A DNA stretch of 64,000 nt from Octopus sinensis (lineage: Eukaryota). The stretch lies in the NCBI RefSeq assembly GCF_006345805.1, contig NC_042997.1, forward strand, positions 196,912,001 to 196,976,000, written 5' to 3'. Positions 39,297 to 53,346 of the stretch are shown one piece after another; the first letter of the stretch is position 1; each line of letters starts with the position of its first letter. A program made the translations under genes and the position numbers. The notes under the pieces are model-generated. The model saw only the letters and a list, made by a program, of their open reading frames with translations, was not told the origin of the DNA and searched no databases.

Positions 39297-39491
39297 TATA
39301 TATATATTTTAATTCCAAGAAAGTTAGAGGCTGTAAATCCAACCAACTAAGGGATAATATCTATCCAATATACTGCAGGTAGAATACCCAATTATTAATA
39401 CACAAGTGTTCTTTTTTATTGCATTGCAATTACATTACCGAGGGTAATTAAAGGGATGAGGGTAGAGAGTTATTTTACCATTAATTTATAC

Positions 39492-39839
39492 AGCAATAAG
39501 AAAATGGAGAGGATCAAGAAGTGGTATTCATCAACTTTTAGACATTATATTATGTCAATTTATTTATTTACTAAAAGGACAATTATAACAATATACACAC
39601 ATGTATAACATATGTTTTACTTATAGGATATGTAAAGATATATATGATATGTAAAGATATAAGTAATTATTAAAATATGCAACATACAATCTTTATATAC
39701 TATATGTGTAAAGCATAATATGTTATACATGTATGTATATTGTTATAATTGCCCTTTTAGAAAATGAATATATTGACATAATATAATGTCTAAAAGTTGA
39801 TGAATACCACCAATTGATCCCCTCCAATTTCTTCTTGCT
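39492..39839. repeat. Long inverted repeat (~120-bp arms, ~100-bp spacer)
   Basis: GTGGTATTCATCAACTTTTAGACATTATATTATGTCAAT is mirrored exactly by ATTGACATAATATAATGTCTAAAAGTTGATGAATACCAC; arms extend with mismatches. Confidence 0.92.
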
Positions 39840-40094
39840 CTCTCTCTATATATATGTAGTAGCTTTGCATCATAAAAATTAGGAGCTTCGAGAGATATGA
39901 AATAAATCATTGTTATCGACTCAAATTAGAAAAGGTTATGAATAATATCGTGAAGCATATTTCGTTCATAAAGTTTGTTGACCTTGAACTGTTTTCCACC
40001 CAAGATATCTTTACCTTAATATTCTACACGCTATTACTTACAACAGCATCTTCATCTACTACGAAGACCATCGCTGCAATTGATTCATATCAGT

Positions 40095-40280
40095 GTATAT
40101 ATATGTATATATATACATACATACATACATATTTTGTGTATATATATATGTATATATTTATATATACATGTGTATTTATATACATATATATGCATATATA
40201 TACATATATATACATAAATATATACATATATACACACATATGCATATATATATGTGTGTGTGTATATATGTATATATATT

Positions 40281-40357
<77 letters not shown>

Positions 40358-40382
40358 CAAATATATATATATGTATATATAT

Positions 40383-40427
<45 letters not shown>

Positions 40428-40433
40428 ATATAT

Positions 40434-40490
<57 letters not shown>

Positions 40491-40495
40491 ATATG
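40095..40495. repeat. (TA)n-rich microsatellite
   Basis: Direct reading. Confidence 0.95.
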
Positions 40496-40774
40496 CATGC
40501 ATGTATGACTGAATGCACAAACAAATAGACTTGTTTCAGTAAGTTTTACCGCATATAAAACTTCAAGCACAAATATGTCGAGCTCACCAGAATCAACATA
40601 AAAGTCACATTAAAATTTAAAAGCGAAATGACAACGTAGTTGAACTGGAAATCTCAGAAATATGCCACATAGCATTTACCTCTTTTAATTTCATCTTTAA
40701 TATTCTGTTTTATATACATCCACTAACATACATTAGTACCGCATATATGTAATGTAAGTATATACGTTCCAACA

Positions 40775-40839
<65 letters not shown>

Positions 40840-41428
40840 GACACAATATAGTTATGCAGGCGTCCTGGCTCACTCGCATATACTTCCACATACGTGTATG
40901 TATGTATGTATATTTGTATATGAAGATCAAAACGGAGCCAACTATTAAAACATACACATATATATGTAATAGAGTGTGAGTAATCATTAATCTATATGCA
41001 CGTTCAGATTTCGATTAACTAATCAGAAAAAGTGTGAAACTGAAAGTATTTCGATCTAGCAATTTAATGGTTAAATTAACTTCTCTAATATTCTTGCCTT
41101 GTTTTGCATTTCATGTCACACCAATAAAGAATGGTACATTAACAAAATTACAAAATTTTATTCAACTCCCAATTTTATCGGAACAGGATTTTTAATTTCT
41201 ATACAAACGTGTTATTTATTTTCTCACATTGAAATACATGGAATTTATAGACTCTTGCATCGATCCCCAACGCATATAACAACTACATACATATTGTGTA
41301 ATTAATAATGCATATATACTCCTGGTGTACGTACCAATATTAAGCAAATTTCTGATTGTTACAAACATATATCACTCCTTTTCTCGCGTCTTTCCTTTTT
41401 ATATGTTCACATATCTACATATATACTT

Positions 41429-41700
41429 TTTTACACTTTTACTTGTTTCAGTCATTTGGCTGTGGCCATACTGGAGCACAGCCTTTAGTCGAGCAAATCG
41501 GCCCCAGCACTTATTCTTTGTAAGCCTAGTACTTATTCTATCGGTCCCTTTTGCCGAACCGCTTAGTTAGGGGGACGTAAACACACCACCATCAGTTGTA
41601 ACGCGATGTTGGAGGGGGGGAGCAAACACAGACACACAAACATATACACACACATACATACATATATATATATATGTATATATAGAGTTGGGTACAGATA

Positions 41701-41756
<56 letters not shown>

Positions 41757-41864
41757 CGAAAGGCTTCTTTCAGTTTCCGTCTACCAAATTCACCCGAGTC
41801 TATAGTAGAAGACACTTGCCCTAGGTGCCACGCAGTGGGACTGGACCCAGAACCATGTGGTTGG
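41429..41864 (-). mobile_element. SINE A, 5'-truncated, expanded internal (TA)n
   Basis: Reverse-complement match to SINE A. Confidence 0.9.
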
Positions 41865-41953
41865 TTATCTTTAAATATCTGTAAAGAACCATGTGGTTGG
41901 TTATCTGTAAATATCTGTAAATAACCATGTGGTTGAATATCTGTAAATATCTA
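41851..41953. repeat. Tandem triplication of the SINE/flank junction
   Basis: AACCATGTGGTTG...ATCTGTAAATATCT x3. Confidence 0.85.
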
Positions 41954-42475
41954 CATATACTCACACTCATACACTCACATACACACACAGATATATATAT
42001 CAATTGCAATAGTAGCTGTGTGTGTGTGTGTGTGTATGTGCTTTCATGGGTGTTTGTGTTTGTGTGTGCATGTATGATGTCGTGAAGGTTAACGAACTCG
42101 CATTCACAAGACTAGTCAACTATTATTGAATCGGGCAATGATATTACAAGTAGAAGACTACCAGTGTATGTGAAAAATACTTGCATAATAACTCTCCCGA
42201 TATTCAGCAAAATGTTTTTCAGGACACGAGTTCACATCAAGAACCTTGCAAACAAAATACCAATCCGAAAGACAGACACACACACTCTCTCTCATACACA
42301 CACATACACACACGCAAACACAAACACACACAAGCGCGCATTATCAATGGCGAATGCTTCCTTCGAAATGACTTCTGAAAAGAATTTTGAATTTACATTG
42401 ACTGTTGAATCGATTATTCAGTGCATATTTCTTTACTGAAGAATGCTATAGCGAGCATCTCTCTCTCTCTCTCTG

Positions 42476-42544
<69 letters not shown>

Positions 42545-42657
42545 ATATATATTATATATATATATGCTTGTGCGTGTGTGTATATTTGTGCATATATATA
42601 TTTATGTGCATATATGCACATATGTATATATGTATACACACAAACACACACACACAT

Positions 42658-42715
<58 letters not shown>

Positions 42716-43127
42716 ATATATATACATATATGTGTGTGTGTGTTGTAAGATGGAAAGAAATAGAGGGAAAGGGAGTTAATGAATGACAAGCAGTGTGTTA
42801 TATCGATTGATGAGTTTACGAGAAGTTAGACTGAAATTTTTATTCACCAATATAGACAGACCTATTTAAACATCAACAGTAACATTATTATCCTTTGATA
42901 CTATATCTATGTCGTTTACAATAAGCCTAGTACTCACACTCACTATTATTCATGTAACTGTTGAAATAACTACTATTGAAATATAAGCTGCATATCACAG
43001 AACAAATACACCGTATAGACTCCATTGCATCTCTAGAAGCTTTTTCATTTCTAAGCAAAATAATTTTCAAGAAATACAAGATTGACTGAAAGTTTCACTT
43101 TCATTTTAATTGTAAATTTGTACATGG

Positions 43128-43301
43128 GTGCAGGAGTTGGTATGTGATAAGTAGCTTGCTTGCAAACCACATGGTTCCGGGTTCAGTCCCACTGCGTGTC
43201 ACCTTGGGCAAGTGTCTTCTACTATAGCCTCGGGCCGACCAAAGCCTTGTGAGTGGATTTGGTAGACGGAAACTGAAAGAAAACCGTCGTATGTATGTAT
43301 G

Positions 43302-43337
<36 letters not shown>

Positions 43338-43757
43338 ACTTATAAATGAGGGCAAACGAAGAAATTCCTAATGCCAAATATGCCGAAAATTGGACAATTA
43401 GGAATTTTTTCGTTTGCCCTTATCTATAATTTTTTTTTAATAAATTTAACCTTTAAAGGTATTTTTTAATAAGCTGGCCATTGATAAAACTTTTTCGAAA
43501 AAAGTTTTATCCTACATAAGATATATGTATGTATGTGTGTGTATGTTTATGTGTCTGTATTTGGAGCCCCAACATCGCTTGACAACCGATGCTGGTGAGT
43601 TTACGTCCCCGTCACTTCGCGGTTCGGCAAAAGAGACCGATAGAATAAGTACTAGGCTTACAAAGAATAAGTCCTGGGGTCGATTTTCTCAACTAAAGGG
43701 GATGCTCCAGCATGGCCGCAGTCAAATGACTGAAACAAGTAAATGAGTAAAAGAGTA
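43128..43757 (+). mobile_element. SINE A interrupted by ~185-bp hairpin insert in its internal microsatellite
   Basis: 5' half 43128-43290, insert ~43336-43520, 3' half ~43525-43757. Confidence 0.9.
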
Positions 43758-44146
43758 TACTCGGGCTACAATTTGGCTTGGTGCAAGACATAGATAATAA
43801 TTTTGTATATATAGCAATTATTTTATTAAGATTTTTTCTAAAGATTTGGAGATTATTTTGTGTCAGTATCTTAGTAGATATATAAGTCTAATTCTATCGT
43901 AATGTGGCCTTAAGCATTACATGAAACGAATTGAAAAATCCTAGATGTAAGAGTAAGATCTACCTCATTTCAAACAAATAACCTTACAAAAGTAGGAAAA
44001 GGAATGATAATGTAGTCCCCGATCCTAGACACATCATAATGTTTAATAAAGATGTAGCATCAAATGGGTAGCCGTGATAGGTGTATTGGGCTTCGTATAT
44101 TAGTAACCAGTGTCAGTTCCGTGGCATAGTTTACTCTCTAATTCAA

Positions 44147-44265
<119 letters not shown>

Positions 44266-44269
44266 AAAA

Positions 44270-44460
44270 TAATTTTGGCACAAGGATAGCAATTTCAGGG
44301 CTGGTAAGTCTATTATATTGATCGTAATGTTTAACTGGCAATTATTTTATTGACGTGAAAGGATGAAAGGTGAAGTCTACCGCGGCGGAATTTGAAAACA
44401 GAACATAAAAAACCCCCATACAAAATGAGGCAAAGCATTTTGTCCGGGGTGCTCAAAACG
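44270..44460 (-). mobile_element. Degenerate SINE C
   Basis: GAAAGGATGAAAGGTGAAGTCTAC..CGGCGGAATTTGAA. Confidence 0.7.
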
Positions 44461-45299
44461 TATGCTAACTCGATGATAAAGAACTCAAGATTTGCATGGT
44501 GCACAGATCATAAGTGATCTGTCCCTTCAGGTTTACCGCCACAACCAACACTGCTGCTTCTGCTGCTGCTGCTGCTGCTACTACTACTACTACCACCATC
44601 ACCACTGCTGCTGCTGCTACTACTGCTACTACTACTACTGATAATAATAATGATACTATTATGAATATTATCACTTTTAAAAATTAATGTTATATATATT
44701 TTTCCAGTGTTTAAGTAAAATGGAAAAATGTTCCCCATTTTTTTTTTCAAATTCTTTCCCCGGCATTACTCTATTTTGTTTGGCAGCAAACAGATAAGAA
44801 CGCATCTCGTAAATAGAGATCGATTTTCTTCTTATGTCGAGAATAAAAGAAAATTTAAAATAACCATGTTCACACATTTCTAGAACTGTTTGATGATCAA
44901 TCAATTTTAAATTCACCGATATATTCTAAAACATATTCTTAGTTACTTTTATCTTAGATTCACACGCATTCTACACAACTAATTCTATACCATTTTAAAC
45001 TCAAAATCCATGTTACATTTATTATAAAACTATGCCCCTGCACATGCATCACTGCTTCTTTTTCCCACTTTAATGTGTTGAGAGCGAAATACGGTTTTGC
45101 TTAAAATAAATAGTTTTATAAATAAGAATATTGATTTCTAACATTGGTGCCAAAAAATTATTGATATCTATATTTGGTGCAAAACCATACATTTCACGGG
45201 AAGGTATAGTCGATTAAATTAGATCAGTAATTGAATGTATGCACACCAGAAAGATAACAAGAGCAAATTCTATGATGTGTACTAGATTTGGTGTATTTA

Positions 45300-45900
45300 A
45301 CTCATCGTCGGAATATATCTTCGTTGTGTCTTTTATGTAAGTATTTCCATGGTCATTGCTCTCATCAACTGCTATGGTCCACACCTCTCACTCAAAACCT
45401 TTAAACATGTCACCCGATTCTCTTCCCGAGTTTATCACGTTTCTCTGTTGATGCATCTGTTATTCATTAGTCCTTTTACACCAAATATGTTCTTTCCACG
45501 AACTGGAGTTGTCTATCTCTGGAACTCACTACCATCGTCTTGTTTTCCTCTTTTGACCTTTAGGCTTACTTATTTCTTTACTTCCCACAAGGAGCTACAC
45601 ACAGAGGGGACAAACAAGGACAGACAAACGGATTAAGCTGATTAAATCGACCCCAGTGTATAACTGGTACTTATTTAATCGACCCCGAAAGGATGAAAGG
45701 CAAAGTCGACCTCGGCTGAATTTGAACTCAAAACGTAGCAGCAGACGAAATACTGCTAAACATTTCGCCCGGCCTGCTAACATTTCTGCCAGCTCGTCGC
45801 CTTAAGCTTTCTGTCAATCGTCATCTGTTAGATTTATAGCTTTTCCCCTTTTGTTAAGCCCCTTACTCTACAGTGGCCTCAACTCTTGTTTGGGACAAAA
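45300..45900 (+). pseudogene. Zenon-like CR1 LINE 3' end, split by SINE C insertion
   Basis: HRRNISSLCLLCKYFHGHCSHQL ... LWNSLPSSCFP | KLSVNRHLL*. Confidence 0.75.
45570..45803 (-). mobile_element. SINE C full length
   Basis: Reverse-complement match to 59161-59397; imperfect TSD TTAGGCTTACT/TTAAGCTTTCT. Confidence 0.92.
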
Positions 45901-46439
45901 TCGTTAAAAACATAACAGTAAAATGATTTGAACCCAAAACTTGTAGAATATTATAGCTAAAAAAAAAAATGAGTAAGGAATGTGGTCAATTTTAACCATT
46001 GCGCCTCATCAGCTTTGATGAAATATCTTAAATATTATTGTTATTATTATTGTTATTATCATAGTAGTAAGACCACGGTGTGGTAAATCAAGAGATCATC
46101 GGACAAAACTAGTTTCATTTTAGGGTCAAAACATATCACGTTCAGTTGTGTTTTCTAGAGTCCTGAAATAGTTAAAAGAAACAACAAATATTCACGTTTA
46201 TTTGTTTATGTCATTCCCCAGCATTTTGACTACAGCCGTTCCAGTGTCGGAAAATACTTTGCAATGACTGTTCTGGCTCTTTGCATTTTCCGTCTCTATC
46301 ACACTGAAGACTTCTTTGCTTTTCCCTCTTACAGTATCGAACAAATGTAATAGCAGTCATATAATGGTGTCAATGTAATAAACAAACTGCACCCCCGCCA
46401 CAATATCCAAGATATATGCTTTGTATTAGAAACAAATTA

Positions 46440-46705
46440 GAGCGGTGGATTGGCAAAATTGTAACAGCTTTAGAACATTCGTTCCGATTCGTACATCCTG
46501 AGTTCAAATAGCACTAACATCTTTCATCCTTGAGGGGTCCATGCAATTATAACCTACCAAGTACTACGTTCTATGAATCCGGTAAACAACCCCTCAAATC
46601 CCGCCGGCGTGGACTTTGCTTTCATTCTTTCGCATTCGTTAAAATAAGTACTAGCTGAGCGCTGGGGTCGATGTAATCGACTTACCTCATCGCTCGAAAT
46701 TATTT
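46440..46705 (+). mobile_element. Degenerate SINE C fragments
   Basis: GGACTTTGCTTTCATTCTTTCG...AAAATAAGTACTAG...CTGGGGTCGATGTAATCGACTT. Confidence 0.65.
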
Positions 46706-48249
46706 AAAATAAATTTAAAACTTTCTTCATTACTTAGAAAGAGTTTAGAGTTGTTCGAAAAGTTTTGTAGAACGGCGTTGATAGACCTGGCTACCTTTAG
46801 TACTCTACAAAATTTACGATATAGTCACTGACATGTTAAATGAATACAAGATCTTATCAACTCGACGACTGATGCATCTATACTAAAACCTTCAGAAACT
46901 GGTCTAATAACCTATTTCTAAAATAAAGCAGATAAATCAGCATGGGTTCATCTCGTTAATTATTCTTGTCATGAGAGCTTAATCGAGATAGATTCCGCTT
47001 GATTGCGTTAGCTTCCTTCATTTGTAATGGATACGTGATAGTTTCCTTTCTCCACAGCAGATATTACGCTTGTTTTCTTTTGGGGGAATTATTCAAAAGA
47101 CAATCTTGATTCGAAATATTATTACCACATGAATGCCATATACCATCGTAGCTTCCCACTTATTTAAGAATGTCAGTATGATCATGTTAAAGCATTCATT
47201 TGTTGAATTTCCACCCCTCGCCAGATAAGAATAGAATGCATCAGCACAAATTGAAAGCAAGTGATAATTATCAGATTTTTCAGAACATATAGAAAGGCTA
47301 AAATCCATAATTATTATGAACTCATGGGAAAATAGAGTAAATGAACATTAATTAAACGTGACTCGGAATATACAGAATTTATTTGTAAGCCTAGAGATAC
47401 CAATGTAACTATAATAGTTGTTGTTGTCAGAGAAATATAAAAATGGAGAAGGAAAAACTTAGCGCAGTAGCTGCTATCGCCATCGTCATTGTGGAAACAA
47501 CTTCTGGCTCCAGTGAATGGCGTGGGCGGCTCCGGAAATACACTTAGTGTTTAATTTATAAATTGTTACTAACAAGCATAAAGTCTCAAGTTAATGACAA
47601 CTCAGATTTTATCTCTTCAAATTACTCACAGTATAAATCAACAGAGAAATGATTCGGTAGATTTAGGTCGAAAATGTCGGTATAAAGTTATTTCTGATAT
47701 AGATGCAAATCTTAAAATAATTCATTTTTAGAACAGTAGATCTCGAAGCATACATAAAGCTATAAATTATAGCATATAAATGCGGGATTGAAAATCCCTT
47801 TTTGAATAGAAAAAGAAAGGTAGAAATCTGCTCAACTAGTGCTGAAATATGGGGGACAGCATTATTCGATTACATCGACGCTACTACTTGATTGGTACAA
47901 TATTATATCGACTTCAAAAGGAGGAAACATAAAGTTAACCAAGCGGATTTTTAAACTTAGAAAGTTCAGAACCGGGAAACATGTCACCTAGAAATCTCTC
48001 CAACTCGCTAAAGATTCTGTTAATTTGCCACCTTTAAACGTAGTTATAAATCTCAACCGGGGTCCATATAAGATTTTCTTGTTAAAATTTATGTGCAAGA
48101 AATTGCTTATTCTTGTACAGTACACAAAGTATTTAAATTTTTTTTAATACAGTTTCTAATAATATTTATTAATAAAAATGCAAGAAGTTTATATATATAT
48201 TTACTAACAAGGTGAGCAAAAGTGTACGTACGCCGCTATATGTATACAT

Positions 48250-48565
48250 AAAAAGAACAGTGGAACAAAAACGCAATAGAGGACAATATGACATCCGGAC
48301 AGATAGACGATACAAAGGTGGACAGGAAAAACAACAAATGCAGGGACAGCAAAAAAAAAAAAGGATGGGTCATTCGTAGCCTTCTTTCGCCAGTCAAGTT
48401 TCCAGGTTTTCCTTACAGTTTCGGCCAGTTACACTTGAGACTGTTCAAATCTATTGGCCTACCAAAACGTCTACGAATGGCTGTGGAGGTCCAGTTGCGT
48501 AAAATAAGAATCAAAGAGATCCACGAGCAGAAAATGGTCGAGAATCACTGGTATGAATAAAACGC
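48250..48565 (-). repeat. Interspersed element related to 1-250
   Basis: Minus strand TGGCCGAAACTG...CTTGACTG...CGAATGACCCATCC. Confidence 0.45.
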
Positions 48566-49094
48566 TGAAATTGCTTGAAAGCTGCAATGTTTAATTCCAT
48601 CTGTTACAAGATGGAACTGTTACAAGATCATTATCTTTAAAGCTGTGTTATTTATACTAGGTGTGTGATCGCTGTAGAGTTTTTATTGTAGCCTGAAGTT
48701 GATAACAATGAAACACTCAGGAAACAGTGAAGTGAAGGAGAAATATTAGGAACAACAAACACCAGAAATACTTCATATATTTTGTAAACATAACAAGCGT
48801 TCGGCATTTTGGAAGCTGGGATTGAGAAAACAGAAAATATATTTCTTGCAGTCAACTTGTTTTGATACATCCCACCACACTCTATACATACATACACACA
48901 TAGATAAATAACCACATACATGCATACACACACACACACCTATGTGGGTGTATATATACCTTCACGTACAGTGACGTGCTTCCTTTCCTACCAACGCAGA
49001 AATAGGAATTAATATTATAAAGGTGTGCTGATATTATAAATACTAAGTTAAAGCTATTAGAGCTGATGAAATAAATACAGTATACACACCGACA

Positions 49095-49154
49095 TATCTA
49101 TCTATCTATACTTTTATCTACATAACTACCTACCTCTCTCTCTGTATATATCTA

Positions 49155-49198
<44 letters not shown>

Positions 49199-49213
49199 AT
49201 CTATCTATCTATC

Positions 49214-49247
<34 letters not shown>

Positions 49248-49428
49248 CTATATATATCTATATATATATCTATATATATATATCTATATATATATATCTA
49301 TATATATATATTATATATATATATATTATATATATATATCTATATATATATGTCTATATATATATGTCTATATATATATATATATCCTTATATATATCTA
49401 TATATATATAGATATATATATATATATA

Positions 49429-49469
<41 letters not shown>

Positions 49470-49517
49470 ATTATATATATATATATATATATGTCTATTT
49501 GATTATCTATCATTTTG

Positions 49518-49595
<78 letters not shown>

Positions 49596-49612
49596 CATCT
49601 ATCTATCTATGT
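49095..49612. repeat. (TCTA)n-(TA)n-(TCTA)n microsatellite
   Basis: Direct reading. Confidence 0.95.
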
Positions 49613-49858
49613 GTCTGTGTTTGTGAGAGTTTCTCTGTGTATTTTCAAAGCAACAAACGAACTAGAACAAAACATATCCAGTGAATATATTTTCAAATAA
49701 TTATCTAAATGATAGACAGCATCGGGGAATAACGGCTACTTCATGGACAACCTTTGTTTATTCAGACATTTTATTGGTTTATAGTATTTGCAAATATTAT
49801 CTTGATACACTTTCATAACATTCCCCATTGATGATCATATAATTATTCAGTGCGAGTG

Positions 49859-49859
<1 letters not shown>

Positions 49860-49900
<41 letters not shown>

Positions 49901-49964
49901 TATCATATATGTATATGTATGTAAATATATGCACATAGAAATATATATATACATACATAAATAC

Positions 49965-50011
<47 letters not shown>

Positions 50012-50390
50012 TATATGTATATATACATATACACATACATACCTAAATACATACATATATATACATATATACACATAAATACATATATATATGTACATAT
50101 ATAAATACGTATGTATATATATGTACATATATAAATACATATATATATATATATGTACATATATAAATACGTATATATATATATACATACGTAAATAAGT
50201 ACATATATATACATACGTAAATAAGTACATATATACATACACACGTAAATAAGTACATATATACATACATACATAAATAAGTACATATATATATACATAC
50301 ATAAATAAGTACATATATATACATACAGACATAAATACGTGCATAAATATATATATATGCATACATAAATACGTACATATATATATATGA
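49860..50390. repeat. (TA)n field with ~24-32-bp minisatellite (ACRTAAATAAGTACATATATATAC)
   Basis: Unit repeated at least 5 times between 50185 and 50325. Confidence 0.9.
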
Positions 50391-50741
50391 TTTAGTCTAC
50401 GTGTGTATACATAATATATCGAGACTTATTTATTCTTTTCGAAATCTCACCGTGGTCAACATAGGCTGCCTTTTCATAGACTATTTGTACCCAGAATTAA
50501 GATGTTTCATTAAAGTCCTATAGTTAATCAATTCAGCGTGCGATCGATTATTGTTACAATCGTCTTTAATATCATCGAACTTACAATATCCTTTCAAGGA
50601 CGGTTCATAAACTTAGATGAGGAACACTTTGTGATGGCCAAGACAGTCTTACAGGCAGAGGTATTGCTGTTGTTATTTAGGTCCAGGTTTGGGGAACTGA
50701 TAATGCTCTGGACACAATCTTTGCAATATTTGACTCTGATG

Positions 50742-50965
50742 TGGAGGCGCGAGACTTCGTGGCTAGGTTGCTGGTGTCTTGATTGTGGTTTCGATTCGTG
50801 GACGGGGCGACGCGTTGTGTTCTTAAGCAAAATATTTTATTCCGCTTCGCTCTTGTTCACTCAGCTGGCAAACTTGAGTAGTCCTTCGATAACCAGGGGA
50901 AATATATATGCTCCACGGAAACGAGGAAGCCGGCTCAGTGAGCCTATGTGGCTCGGGAAGGATTT
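50742..50965 (+). mobile_element. Degenerate SINE B older variant (CORE-like body, tail-3 remnant)
   Basis: GGAGGCGC..GTGGCTAGG..GGTTTCGATTC, TGTGTTCTTAAGCAAAA, CACTCAGCTGGCAAA, GGAAGCCGGC..TGAGCCT. Confidence 0.65.
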
Positions 50966-50969
50966 TTAT

Positions 50970-51340
50970 CAGGCGGAAAGGTGGTAAAATCATTAGCACA
51001 CCGAGGAAAATACCTAGAAGCATTTAGTGCGTCTTTGTGCTCTGAGTTCAAATTCCGCCGAGGTCGACTTTACCTCTCATCATTTCACAATAGGTAAAAT
51101 AATTAAGCAGTTCAACACTACCATCAATCTAATCGACTTCCCACCTACCCCAAAACTGCTCACCTTGTGCCAAAATTTAACTCTGGCCTTTCAGGTTCCG
51201 AGATCAAATTTTGCTTATGTCAACTATGCATTTTATCCATCTGGGCCCCAACAAACAAAGTACCAATCAAATACTGAGAGAAATTCATTCAACCGTTCAA
51301 TAAAACTTTCTAAATTTCTGAACTTGTACCTTTATTAGAA
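50970..51340 (+). mobile_element. Degenerate SINE C (plus partial second copy)
   Basis: TCTGAGTTCAAATTCCGCCGAGGTCGACTTT. Confidence 0.7.
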
Positions 51341-51434
51341 GCAGCTAATTAACCCTAAATTGATTTCTAGCGGAGGAAAACTATGATCAATTTTTTGCAG
51401 CGGTCTTAACTTTTATTTAGATAGTATCACGTTA

Positions 51435-51610
51435 GATTTTTTTCTCTTCTTGTTTCTCTCCTTGTTTGTTTCTTTGTTCCTTTCTGGGGAAGAGCGTAGG
51501 CTCGAAATGTAAAAGACTTTTTCAATTCCCGAGCGTTATACTAATACATCTGTTTGTTTTCTACACCAGCTGTCTTCGTCTTTTGTCTTTTTTCGTGAAT
51601 TCTTCCCCTA
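51435..51610 (+). mobile_element. Short element with degenerate hammerhead motif (51480-51515); same family as 55745-55902
   Basis: CTTT-CTGGGGA-AGAGC-gtag-GCTC-GAAA-TGTA-AAAG; shared TTCCCGAGCGTTA..CTAATACATCTGTTTGTT. Confidence 0.7.
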
Positions 51611-51859
51611 GATATTATCTACCATGTTTAATGCCATTAAAAAGGCACAGATACATTTCAGGTATATCCATGTAAGAAAACGTTTTTAATGCATTAAATC
51701 TTAAGGAAGATTCAACGTTACCTACAGGACACGGGGTGGGATTTTTGAAACATTATTTGGGCAAAAAGTTTGTCTTATATGATAACAAATATGGTAATTT
51801 ATTGGTTCACTAAAATTTAAATTGTCAAACGATGTTTAAATAAATATAGGTGCATAATA

Positions 51860-52080
51860 ATCCTTTGTATTATAGGTTCAAGGCCTGAAATGTTGGGGCA
51901 GGGCACTAGTTAAAATATATCGACAGTAGTAGGCACTTATTTCAACTGGTAAGTATTTCAACGACTTCGAAAATATGAAAGACAAAGTCGAACCTGGCGG
52001 AATTTGAACTCACGATGTAGATATGGAGGAATTGTTGCTAAGCATGTTTCCATGCCCCTTAAACATTATACAAGCTCCTT
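51860..52080 (-). mobile_element. Degenerate SINE C
   Basis: ATGAAAGACAAAGTCGAACCTGGCGGAATTTGAACTC. Confidence 0.7.
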
Positions 52081-53311
52081 ACATTAATGTGAAGTGTATA
52101 ATAATGATGTGGGCGTCAAATTTACTCTGAAGAATTTTTTTATCGTTTAGTGAGAAAAGGAAACACACACCTTATAAATTTTGATAGAAAAGCGGGGTAA
52201 AAACCACAACTGTAGCAGGTTGGGCCCTTGTAGTGTCATTCAAAGATCAGATATTAAATTAAAACCTACAGATCGATATGGATAAAATCTATCATGATCA
52301 AGGGGGTGAGTTATGCCGCTAGCATCCACTTTAAATTCCAGTGTAGCACAAACTATTGATCGTGATGTTGATGTAGATTAACACAGATAGATGGAGATTA
52401 ATGAACAACAAAGAAAACAGAAAAGAAAAAAAAATTAAATAAATACCTTGCCTGATGTTCAAATTCAGGACTAATATATTTATACAACATAAAAGTGTGC
52501 GGAGGAAACGAAAATCATCCGATTGATTTAAAATAAATTTACAGAGTCGGTAGTTTTTATTTAATTAACGGAACCTTTACATCTTGGTAAATAGTTAAGT
52601 CAGCAATGTATAAATGGTACATTAGAAAATGATGATTCATCGAAAATGTACATAATATATATGGATATGTATATGTATGTATGTATGTATATATATATAT
52701 ATATATATATACACGCACTATAAACATGTGTATGTGTGTATATATGTATAAATGTATATATACGTATGTATGTATGTATTTATGTATGTGTATGTTCTTT
52801 TCTGAATATCTTTCGTTTTCACTGTTCAAACATAGTATTTTGTTGCTAAACTCCAGAGATGACAGCAAAACAGACATCCACGATATCCATGCCGTAAAAC
52901 TTTCAACTTTTCATCATAGCACTTTATCTCAGGGTAAATATTGAAATTGAGAAAACCTACTCTTTATTGCAATACATTATATACATGTACGTTCATGATA
53001 TAATTACATACATACATACATACCACACACACATTTACATACACACACACAAACACATATATATGCACACATATATGTATATATTATATATGTGCGCATG
53101 TATGTTGGCACGCATAAATACGTGTAAATTTGTGAGTGTATGTACGTGATATCAAACACGTAAACTTGAGATTGTGGAATATATGTCAGGCACGGTGATT
53201 ATATACGTATGACATCATGGTTTTGTGCATGATATCATATCTATATGGATGCGTATCACCATATATATATATATATATATATTATATATAATATATATAT
53301 ATATGTGTGTG

Positions 53312-53346
<35 letters not shown>

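Noticed and set aside
41851-41953. CRISPR-like repeat array
   Set aside because: No unique spacers, SINE-derived, eukaryotic context, no cas genes
47440-47545. GC-richer island, possible exon or miRNA hairpin
   Set aside because: No convincing hairpin or splice sites; cannot be supported without conservation data
50538-50987. 149-aa ORF / possible small exon 50599-50660
   Set aside because: 3' half is SINE sequence, no recognisable protein motif, weak splice acceptor
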